Below, piece after piece: positions 53,578-60,775 of a stretch of 64,000 nucleotides of DNA (positions are counted from its first letter, which is position 1; every line of letters begins with the position of its first letter). The notes under the pieces are model-generated. The model saw nothing but the letters and a program-made list of their open reading frames with translations, did no database searches and was not told the DNA's origin. This stretch comes from an uncultured Actinomycetota bacterium (GTDB lineage: Bacteria; Actinomycetota; Actinomycetes; Mycobacteriales; Mycobacteriaceae). The translations under genes and the position numbers were made by a program. Location of the stretch: positions 2,964 to 66,963 of the forward strand of contig CAVTBA010000029.1 in assembly GCA_963732835.1 (NCBI GenBank), written 5' to 3'.

Positions 53578-54726
53578 ATGCAAGGTGGAGCGGTTGCCGG
53601 TCTGGTGTTGCTGGCCGTCCTGGTGATATTCGCCATCGTCGTGGTGGCCAAGTCGGTCGCGCTGGTACCTCAGGCGGAGGCCGCGGTGATAGAGCGGTTG
53701 GGTCGGTACAGCCGCACGGTCAGCGGGCAGCTGACCTTGTTGGTGCCGTTCATCGACCGCGTCCGCGCGCGGGTGGACCTGCGGGAGCGGGTGGTGTCGT
53801 TCCCGCCGCAGCCGGTGATCACCGAGGACAACCTGACCCTCAACATCGACACCGTCGTCTATTTCCAGGTCACCGTTCCGCAGGCGGCCGTCTACGAGAT
53901 CAGCAACTACATCGTCGGGGTCGAGCAGCTCACCACGACCACGCTGCGCAACGTGGTCGGCGGCATGACGCTGGAGCAGACCCTGACCTCGCGCGAGGTG
54001 ATCAACGCCCAGCTTCGCGGTGTGCTCGACGAGGCCACCAACCGCTGGGGCCTGCGGGTGGCCCGGGTTGAGTTGCGCAGCATCGACCCGCCGCCGTCGA
54101 TCCAGGCGTCGATGGAAAAGCAGATGAAGGCCGACCGCGAGAAGCGGGCGATGATCCTGACCGCCGAAGGCACCCGGCAGGCGGCGATCACACAGGCCGA
54201 GGGCCAGAAGCAGGCACAGATCCTGGCCGCCGAGGGCGCCAAGCAGGCCGCGATCCTGGCCGCCGAGGCCGACCGGCAGTCCCGGATGTTGCGTGCCCAG
54301 GGTGAGCGCGCCGCGGCCTACCTGCGGGCGCAGGGGCAGGCCAAGGCCATCGAGAAGACGTTCGCCGCGATCAAGGCCGGCCGGCCCACCCCGGAGATGC
54401 TGGCCTACCAGTACCTGCAGACGCTGCCGGAGATGGCGCGCGGGGACGCCAACAAGGTGTGGGTGGTGCCGAGCGACTTCAGCGCCGCGCTGCAGGGATT
54501 CACCAGGCTGCTGGGCGCCCCGGGCGAGGACGGCGTGTTCCGATTCGAGCCGTCGCCCGTCGAGGACGCGCCCAAGCGCAGCGCCGACGACGACGCCGAC
54601 GTCGCCGACTGGTTCTCCACCGAAACCGACCCCGCGATCGCTCAGGTGGTGGCCAAGGCCGAGGCGATCGCCCGCCAGCCGGTGGATGGCACGCCGCCGG
54701 GAGCGCCGCCGCAGTTGGCCCAATAG
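53578..54726 (+). CDS. SPFH/band 7 protein
   Basis: IERLGRY, QPVITEDN, MEKQMKADREKRA. Confidence 0.94.
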   Translation: MQGGAVAGLVLLAVLVIFAIVVVAKSVALVPQAEAAVIERLGRYSRTVSGQLTLLVPFIDRVRARVDLRERVVSFPPQPVITEDNLTLNIDTVVYFQVTVPQAAVYEISNYIVGVEQLTTTTLRNVVGGMTLEQTLTSREVINAQLRGVLDEATNRWGLRVARVELRSIDPPPSIQASMEKQMKADREKRAMILTAEGTRQAAITQAEGQKQAQILAAEGAKQAAILAAEADRQSRMLRAQGERAAAYLRAQGQAKAIEKTFAAIKAGRPTPEMLAYQYLQTLPEMARGDANKVWVVPSDFSAALQGFTRLLGAPGEDGVFRFEPSPVEDAPKRSADDDADVADWFSTETDPAIAQVVAKAEAIARQPVDGTPPGAPPQLAQ

Positions 54727-54735
54727 GATTGCTTC

Positions 54736-55092
54736 ATGAGCCTTTTCACTTCGCCGAGGACGTACGCGGCGCTTGGCGTGTTCCACGCCGTGGACGCGGT
54801 GGCATGTGGTGTCCAGGTGGCTCCCATCAAAAAAGTCCTGGACGACGTGGGGCTGCCGGAGAACGTTCGGCCCGTGCTGCCGGTGGTGAAGGGGGCCGCC
54901 GCCGTCGGCTTGCTGTCGGTCACCCGCTTCCCGGCCCTGGCGCGGGTGACAACGGCGATGCTGACGGTCTATTTCGTCTTGGCGCTCGGCGCGCACATCC
55001 GGGTGCGCGACAAGGTCGTCAACGCCCTCCCGGCGGCGGTCTTCCTGGCCACGTTCGCCGTGATGACGGCGAAGGGGCCCGACCGCGGCTAG
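54736..55092 (+). CDS. DoxX-like membrane protein (Rv1489-like)
   Basis: Hydrophobic; AHIRVRD motif; its stop TAG contains the IS core AG. Confidence 0.8.
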   Translation: MSLFTSPRTYAALGVFHAVDAVACGVQVAPIKKVLDDVGLPENVRPVLPVVKGAAAVGLLSVTRFPALARVTTAMLTVYFVLALGAHIRVRDKVVNALPAAVFLATFAVMTAKGPDRG

Positions 55093-55113
55093 ACATCCCA
55101 GGTGGTTAAGTCG

Positions 55114-56328
55114 TCAAGCTGCTGCGGGGGTTTGGCGGTGGGCCCAGGCTGTGTGTTCGTCGTATGGCGTGTGGTGGCGTAGGCAGCCGTGGAGGATGCC
55201 GACGAGTCGGTTGCCTAGGGCGCGTAGGGCTTGATGGTGGGTGTCGCCGTTGGCGCGGTGCTGGTCATAGAAGGCGCGGGCACCGGGGCTTCGGGTGAGC
55301 GCGCAGAATGCCCATTGATCGAGCGCGTCGTAGAGACGTTTGTTGCGGGCGTGGCGGGCCAGCACGGCACGTTTTCGGCCTGATGCGATGGTCAACGGTG
55401 ATGTTCCGGCGTAGTTCTTGCGACACTTGGCAGTGGTGTATCGGTTCGGGTCATCCCCGAACTCACCGAGCACCCGGGCGCCGAGCACAACACCAAGTCC
55501 TGGCAGGGAGCGGTAGATGTCGGCGTCCGGGTGTTTCTCAAAATGGTCTGTTAGTGCGGTCTCGAGCTCGTCGATCTGAACGTTGAGTGCCGCGATCACA
55601 TGGACCGCTGCAGTCGTGGTGGCGCCGAAGGCAGTAGCCACCGCAGGGGGTGCTGTGAGGTGTTCGCGGCGCAAAATGGTCTGAATCTCAGCGGCGCGTG
55701 TCTCTATATTGCGTTGCCGGCCAGCCGCTTTGAGCGCTGAGCCGATCTTCGACAGGCTTAACCGGGCACCCTGTTCAGGAGTGGGTGCGCGACTTAATAC
55801 TGCCAACGCATCACCGTCGGTGAGCGAATCGAAGGCCTCCAACGCTGCGGGGTAGTACTCCCGCAGACCGCTACGCAGCATGTTGGCATGGCGGGTCCGT
55901 GCCCAGATCAGGCTCTGATGGGTGCGGGCCAGCACCTTGATCGCCTCGGCGTCGGCGCTGTCGCCGGCGATCTGGCGGTGGTTGTGCCGGTCGGTGCGGA
56001 CCAAATCAGCGAGCACTTTGGCGTCCCCGGCATCGGACTTCGCCCCCGAAACGTGGTGGCGATCGCGGTAACGGGCCGCCGCCATCGGGTTGATCGCCCA
56101 CACCTGATAACCAGCCGCAACGAGCGCTGAAACCCACAAGCCACGATCGGTTTCGATGCCGATCATCACCTGGTCGGGATCCTCGGCATGCCCGGCGATC
56201 AGCTCGTGTAAGCCGCGAATCCCCGGTAGGCCCTCGGGTAATCGCCGGGCTGCCAATCGTTGCCCGGCCTCGTCCATCAGATACACATCGTGATGGTCTT
56301 CGGCCCAGTCGTCGCCGACAAAGATCAC
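55114..56328 (-). CDS. IS110 recombinase of the outer element
   Basis: DEDD RuvC motifs (VGDDW, IETDRG, KSDAGDA), SLPGLG, ASG serine motif; AGGAGG RBS. Confidence 0.95.
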   Translation of the reverse strand: MIFVGDDWAEDHHDVYLMDEAGQRLAARRLPEGLPGIRGLHELIAGHAEDPDQVMIGIETDRGLWVSALVAAGYQVWAINPMAAARYRDRHHVSGAKSDAGDAKVLADLVRTDRHNHRQIAGDSADAEAIKVLARTHQSLIWARTRHANMLRSGLREYYPAALEAFDSLTDGDALAVLSRAPTPEQGARLSLSKIGSALKAAGRQRNIETRAAEIQTILRREHLTAPPAVATAFGATTTAAVHVIAALNVQIDELETALTDHFEKHPDADIYRSLPGLGVVLGARVLGEFGDDPNRYTTAKCRKNYAGTSPLTIASGRKRAVLARHARNKRLYDALDQWAFCALTRSPGARAFYDQHRANGDTHHQALRALGNRLVGILHGCLRHHTPYDEHTAWAHRQTPAAA

Positions 56329-56369
56329 CAGTGCCCACCTCCTGCGGTCGTCGTTGACTCACATTGAGC

Positions 56370-56430
56370 CAGAGGACACCCGGCGGCGGACTAATGGATC
56401 AGTGCTCGCAGTGGCACGACATCCCATCAG
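56370..56430 (-). ncRNA. 3' part (donor-binding loop) of the outer element's predicted bridge RNA
   Basis: gacatccca 56418-56426 equals the right end 55092-55100; ctaatgg 56391-56397 is the reverse complement of the left end 58045-58051; gtgc/gcac hairpin between them; boundaries approximate. Confidence 0.75.
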
Positions 56431-56447
56431 TTCCCTGAGTCAACCCC

Positions 56448-57647
56448 CTACGCGGCGGCCGGCTGCTTGGCCGGTTCGTGTCGAGTGGGGTCGTATGCGG
56501 TTTTGGTGCGCCAGCAGGCCCAGATGATGCGCAGCCAAGCTCGGCCTATGGTGCGCAGAGCGTGTGGGTGGCGTTGTCCTCGGGCGCGTGCGGCAGCGTA
56601 GCGTTGCTGGGCCCAGTCACTGGATCGGCGGCTGTTGTCCAGCCAGGTGTGCAGCGCCTGTCGCGCGCGTCGGTTGGTGGCGTGCCGGAACGTCACGGTG
56701 TGGGTTTTGCCCGAGGCACGCGTGACCGGGGCGAGGCCGGTTTCGGCGGCGAGTTGATCGAAACTGGTGGCGCGTTCCAGGATCGGCCCAACCTCACCGA
56801 TGATCTGGGCCAGGTTGAGAGTGCCGATGCGCGGCAGAGCGGCCAGCAGCCCTGCGTAGGGGTGTGCGGTGGCCTTCTCGGCGATCATGGTGTCGAGCGT
56901 GTCGATGCCAGCCTGCAGGGCACGCACGACAGTGACCTGGGCGCGGATCATCTGTCCCACCACCGGCTCGTTGAGCCGACTGGCCGATACCGGCGCGCTC
57001 TGCAGGCGCTCGAGTAGGTCGTCGCCGCTACGACGGCCGCTGTATCCGCGGCGGCGGCAGAACGCCTCAATCCGGGCAGCCGTGAGACTAGCCGCGGCCT
57101 GCGGTGTCGGGTAACGGTCCAAGAACTCCAGCGCGATCGGCGAATGCAGTTGGGCGAAAATGGTTTTCCCGCCGGGCCAGTATTGGTCTAGCAGCGCCGC
57201 TAACTGGTTGACCGCAGCGATGCGCAACCCGAGCTGATCGTCGCGTTGGCGGGTCAGCGCCTGCAGCTCGAGGGTTTCGGGCAGGGTCGGCGCCAGCACG
57301 GGCAAGCGGTGGATATCGGTGCGGATGTAATCGGCCAGCTTGAACGAGTCACCGGGATCGTTCTTGGCTCGTGCCGCTCCCCATCGTGGACGCACGGCGT
57401 GGAAGGCATTGGGGTGCACCGGGATCACGGGGTGTCCAGCAGCCAGCAGCCGGTCCACGACCAGCCCACGAGTGGTCTCAATCGCTACTGGCAGCCCGCC
57501 GGGATCGCCGTACTCGGCCAGCTTCGCCACTGCCCGCGCGATGCCATCCTCGGTATGCGGGATCGCCATGCGGTGCACCCGCTCACCGGCGGAGTCGATC
57601 ACGGTCACATCGTGGGCAGTGCCGCCCCAGTCCCAGCCGACGAACAA
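56448..57647 (-). CDS. IS110 recombinase of the inner element
   Basis: VGWDW, IETTRG, KNDPGDS, LPRIG, RASG; AAGGAG RBS. Confidence 0.95.
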   Translation of the reverse strand: MFVGWDWGGTAHDVTVIDSAGERVHRMAIPHTEDGIARAVAKLAEYGDPGGLPVAIETTRGLVVDRLLAAGHPVIPVHPNAFHAVRPRWGAARAKNDPGDSFKLADYIRTDIHRLPVLAPTLPETLELQALTRQRDDQLGLRIAAVNQLAALLDQYWPGGKTIFAQLHSPIALEFLDRYPTPQAAASLTAARIEAFCRRRGYSGRRSGDDLLERLQSAPVSASRLNEPVVGQMIRAQVTVVRALQAGIDTLDTMIAEKATAHPYAGLLAALPRIGTLNLAQIIGEVGPILERATSFDQLAAETGLAPVTRASGKTHTVTFRHATNRRARQALHTWLDNSRRSSDWAQQRYAAARARGQRHPHALRTIGRAWLRIIWACWRTKTAYDPTRHEPAKQPAAA

Positions 57648-57689
57648 CGGCCGTCTCCTTCAAGGTCGATTCCTTCACCTCTGCGGAAT

Positions 57690-57840
57690 CGAGAGCCGCT
57701 GCCGGAAGCTCACTAATCGGCCCTCCCACGGGCATGTCCCTGACGCCGGTCCACGGCCCTCGGCCCGACGGGGCTGGCAGAACTGATGGTGGCCATCAAG
57801 TGGCTCGCGCTCAGGGCCATGCACCCGCCGAGACCGAGAG
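57690..57840 (-). ncRNA. Predicted intact bridge RNA of the inner element
   Basis: Four guide segments in the expected order (57807-57811, 57783-57789, 57737-57743, 57709-57715); each pair brackets a hairpin; boundaries approximate. Confidence 0.75.
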
Positions 57841-57889
57841 GTCACAACCCTATCTGTTCAGGCTGCAGGAAGGATGGTGCCCTAGTGAG

Positions 57890-57990
57890 CGCTTCAAGCG
57901 ACCTCACCGAACCGGCCGGGGCACGATCTAGCCCTAGGGATCAACGTTCATCCCGGTCCAACACAGTGCTCACCGGCCAGCGGCTCGATG
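57890..57990 (-). ncRNA. 5' part (target-binding loop) of the outer element's predicted bridge RNA
   Basis: gtcca 57956-57960 equals flank 58051-58055; ctagcc 57928-57933 is the reverse complement of flank 55087-55092; gggat/atccc hairpin; outer stem ccggccggggcac/gtgctcaccggcc. Confidence 0.7.
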
Positions 57991-58047
57991 ATCAGCGTCC
58001 CGCGGTCAACAGCCCAAACCCGACAACGCCACGCTGATCGACTCCCA

Positions 58048-58524
58048 TTAGTCCAGGCGCAGCTCGACCATGGGCAGCGGGGTTTCCGTCTCGGTGATCG
58101 GAACGCCGAGGGTTTCCTCCAGCACCGGCTTCATCTGTTCCCAGGCTTGGCGATGACGGCTGACGTACGCCGCCAGCGCGCGGTCGGCCTCCTGTTGGTC
58201 GAGGACCCGCGCGGTGGCGCGCCTGGGCGCGTGGCTGCCCGCGTAGACACGCACCCGCGGGTTGGCCTGGATGTTGCGGAACCACTGCGCCTTTCGGCCG
58301 AAGCCGGAGGCGACGACGTAGGTGTCCGGCGAGGGGTGACCGACCACCTCCAGCACCACGTAGCGCGGTTCACCGGATTTGCGGCCGACGTGCTCGAGCA
58401 TCAGGATGCGGGATCCGAAAAGCGCGCCCGCGCGGGCCTTGTAGATCCAGATCGGTGCGCGCATGAGTCGGCGCGACCGCAGGACGCGTGCGCCGGCGCT
58501 GACGAAAAGGTTTGTGCTGGACAC
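58048..58524 (-). CDS. Deazaflavin (F420)-dependent nitroreductase family protein
   Basis: LEHVGRKSGEPR, ASG, WFRNIQANPRV; GGAGG RBS before GTG 58524. Confidence 0.85.
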   Translation of the reverse strand: MSSTNLFVSAGARVLRSRRLMRAPIWIYKARAGALFGSRILMLEHVGRKSGEPRYVVLEVVGHPSPDTYVVASGFGRKAQWFRNIQANPRVRVYAGSHAPRRATARVLDQQEADRALAAYVSRHRQAWEQMKPVLEETLGVPITETETPLPMVELRLD

Positions 58525-58543
58525 CTTTACCTCCATTTCTTTT

Positions 58544-59161
58544 TCACCTGCTGATGAGTCCGTCGCGATAGATCGCAAACACCTCGCCGGCCCACCGCCG
58601 CATTCCGGCATCCGAGAGCGGATCCACGCCGAGCACTTCGGTCAGGCGGGGACGCAGAGTCAGCACAGCGAGGTCATTGACGAGTAGAAATGCCGCCCGT
58701 ACCTCGGCATCCGCGCCGGGACTGGCGCTGCCGGTCGCAACCATCACGTCAAGAGTGGCTTGGCTGAGCCGGTACAGCCTGGCGAACAATGCCGACCCCG
58801 CCCGACCCCCGGTGATCAGCAGCCGGCTCAGGTACGCCGGGATCGCGGAGTCGGGCGGCAGGTAGGTGGCCAGGCCGTCGAGCAGGCTCGGCACCGCGGT
58901 GGGCTCGAGTCCGACCGCGGCGGTCTGCTCGGTCATCCTCGTCAGCAGTACTTCGAAGGTCGCGACGACGTGATTGTCGACGATCTCGACCAGCCCGTCT
59001 TTCGAGCCGTAATGCCTGATGAGCAGGGCCGGTGAAACGCCAGCCGCGGTCGCGATGTCGCGCAGGGTGACCGCGTCGGGGCCACGCTCGGCGAACAGCC
59101 GCAGCGCTTCGTCTCGGATCCGTGCGCGGGCTGTGCGGTCGTCCGGCAGCGGTGAATCCAT
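58544..59161 (-). CDS. TetR-family regulator
   Basis: TLRDIATAAGVSPALLIRHYGSKDGL. Confidence 0.92.
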   Translation of the reverse strand: MDSPLPDDRTARARIRDEALRLFAERGPDAVTLRDIATAAGVSPALLIRHYGSKDGLVEIVDNHVVATFEVLLTRMTEQTAAVGLEPTAVPSLLDGLATYLPPDSAIPAYLSRLLITGGRAGSALFARLYRLSQATLDVMVATGSASPGADAEVRAAFLLVNDLAVLTLRPRLTEVLGVDPLSDAGMRRWAGEVFAIYRDGLISR

Positions 59162-59188
59162 GTTTACAATTATAAACAGATGTTTACA
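59161..59188 (-). promoter_or_regulatory. Leaderless promoter with palindromic operator for the tetR gene
   Basis: Perfect TATAAT (59174-59169) 7 nt before ATG; TGTTTA/TAAACA half-sites at 59161, 59173 and 59181. Confidence 0.7.
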
Positions 59189-59236
59189 CGCGGGGCCAGC
59201 GCGGCCCGTGCCGACGGGTACTGCTGCGCCCGGACC

Positions 59237-59497
59237 TCAGCCGTGCGGGGGCGGCGGCACGGGTGGCGCCGGAACGACTCCCGGTGCCGGCGCAGGCGAC
59301 GGCGGCGGTGATGAAACGCATCCCGGCGCCGTCTGCGACAGCGACGGATAGGGCGGCGGCGGAAGCTGGACCCGGACCGTCCAGACCAACCCCGTGATCG
59401 CGAAGGTGGCGAGCGCGCCGAGCACCAGGCCGACCAGCCCCGCGCCGGCGGCGACGCCGGCCGGGAAGCGGCGGGTTCCGATGTTGTCCGAGGTCAT
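59237..59497 (-). CDS. Small membrane protein with Pro-rich C-terminus
   Basis: GGAGAG RBS, single TM, PPPPYP tail. Confidence 0.65.
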   Translation of the reverse strand: MTSDNIGTRRFPAGVAAGAGLVGLVLGALATFAITGLVWTVRVQLPPPPYPSLSQTAPGCVSSPPPSPAPAPGVVPAPPVPPPPHG

Positions 59498-59594
59498 GCG
59501 GCTCTCCATCGTCGTCGGATTCGGTGACCGAGACGCTACTGGCGAGCCGGCCGCCGCCGCCACGATTTGACGGATCGTGACGGCGGCAGGCTGG

Positions 59595-59975
59595 TCAGCT
59601 GTGCGGCGACGGGGACGGTTGCGGCGGCGGGGAGGCGTCACCGGGCGGCGGCGGCCAGAAGCCACGCGGCGGCCCCGGCGGGCCGGGCGGCGGTGCAAAC
59701 CCGAAACCTCCCATGGGGCCGCCCATCGGCGGGGGAGGCGGTCCGTGATGGAGCGCCATCATCGGCGGCCCGGGGGGTGGCGGCGGCCCGGGCGGGCCCA
59801 CGCTGATGATCCAGGCGAAGGCGATCGCCGCGACGGTGCCGACCGCGCCGATCAGCGCACCGGCCACACCGGCGCCGACCAGCACGGCGGTGGAGTGCCG
59901 GCGGGGCTCCCGCGGCTGATAGGCCACCGGCGGGGGCGCGGGCGGATTGGTATCGATGTCGTCGTTTGTGCTCAT
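59595..59975 (-). CDS. Membrane protein with Pro/Gly-rich C-terminus
   Basis: Single TM followed by poly-Pro tracts; divergent from the response regulator. Confidence 0.7.
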   Translation of the reverse strand: MSTNDDIDTNPPAPPPVAYQPREPRRHSTAVLVGAGVAGALIGAVGTVAAIAFAWIISVGPPGPPPPPGPPMMALHHGPPPPPMGGPMGGFGFAPPPGPPGPPRGFWPPPPGDASPPPQPSPSPHS

Positions 59976-59999
59976 GGCACCAGACGCTAAGAGCCGCGG

Positions 60000-60041
60000 C
60001 TTAAGTGGACCTGAAGATAAGGGGCTTCAGGTTGGTCTAAG
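60000..60041. promoter_or_regulatory. Back-to-back tandem boxes in a divergent promoter
   Basis: cttaag-N5-ctgaag (60000-60016) and cttcag-N5-tctaag (60025-60041), each 10 nt from a -10-like hexamer. Confidence 0.65.
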
Positions 60042-60064
60042 AACCGGCGCCGACAATGGGAGGC

Positions 60065-60775
60065 ATGACGAATTGCCCGCGGACGGCCGCCGGCCGCTTC
60101 ACCGTCGGCACGCCCCGGGTTCTGGTGGTCGAAGACTCCGAGACGATCCGCGAAATGGTCGCCGAGGCGCTCACCGACGTCGGCTATCACACCGTGGGTC
60201 GTTGTGACGGCGACGGGCTGGAGGAGGTGCTGGACGGGCTGCGGCCGGACCTGGTGGTGCTCGACGTCATGCTGCCGGGGCGCGATGGATTCGACCTCAT
60301 CGACGTCATTCGCGACTGGGGCGACGTCGGGATCGTCTTGATCACCGCCCGCGACGGCCTGCACGACCGGCTGCGCGGCCTGGACGGCGGCGCCGACGAC
60401 TACGTGATCAAACCGTTCGAGCTGGCCGAGCTGGTGTCGCGGGTCGGCGCGGTCTTGCGCCGGCGCGGACGGCTGCCGCAAGTCGTCCAGGCCGGCGACC
60501 TGATGGTCGACGCCGACGCCGGCGTGGTCGCGCGCGCTGGTCGTCGCCTCGATCTGACCGGAACCGAGCTGCGGCTGCTGGTCTTCCTCGTGGAGCAGCG
60601 CGGGCGCACCGTCAGTGCCGGCCAAATCTTGAATGCGGTGTGGGGATACGACGCCTACGACCCCAATCTGGTTCAGGTGCACGTGAGCGGCTTGCGGCGC
60701 AAGCTCGAAGCCCACGGGCCGCGGATACTGCACACCGTGCGCGGCATCGGCTACCGGCTGCAGCCCCAGCGATGA
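60065..60775 (+). CDS. OmpR/PhoB-family response regulator
   Basis: VVED, LDVMLP, GADDYVIKPF, HTVRGIGY. Confidence 0.95.
   Translation: MTNCPRTAAGRFTVGTPRVLVVEDSETIREMVAEALTDVGYHTVGRCDGDGLEEVLDGLRPDLVVLDVMLPGRDGFDLIDVIRDWGDVGIVLITARDGLHDRLRGLDGGADDYVIKPFELAELVSRVGAVLRRRGRLPQVVQAGDLMVDADAGVVARAGRRLDLTGTELRLLVFLVEQRGRTVSAGQILNAVWGYDAYDPNLVQVHVSGLRRKLEAHGPRILHTVRGIGYRLQPQR

Larger units (their letters stand above)
56431..57889 (-). mobile_element. Inner IS110-family element (1459 bp)
   Basis: AG core at 56429-56430 and 57888-57889; removing it restores ...cccatcAGcgcttc... Confidence 0.85.
55093..58051 (-). mobile_element. Outer IS110-family element (1500 bp of its own sequence), interrupted by a nested IS110
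   Basis: AG (CT on the element strand) at 55091-55092 and 58050-58051; no TIR or long TSD; guide segments match both ends and both flanks. Confidence 0.85.

Noticed and set aside
55114-57647. Two independent tandem IS110 copies or a duplication
   Set aside because: The proteins are clearly divergent, and the outer element's left end and target loop resume at 57890, so the arrangement is nested
57784-57798. tgatgg/ccatca read as a simple hairpin rather than a guide
   Set aside because: The alternative gcca/tggc stem leaves ctgatgg free at the same position as the right guides in the other three loops; an alternative fold remains possible
59533-59560. Fourth regulator box upstream of the gene at 59497
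   Set aside because: A TAGCGT hexamer is present but there is no CTTCAG-like repeat 10 nt upstream
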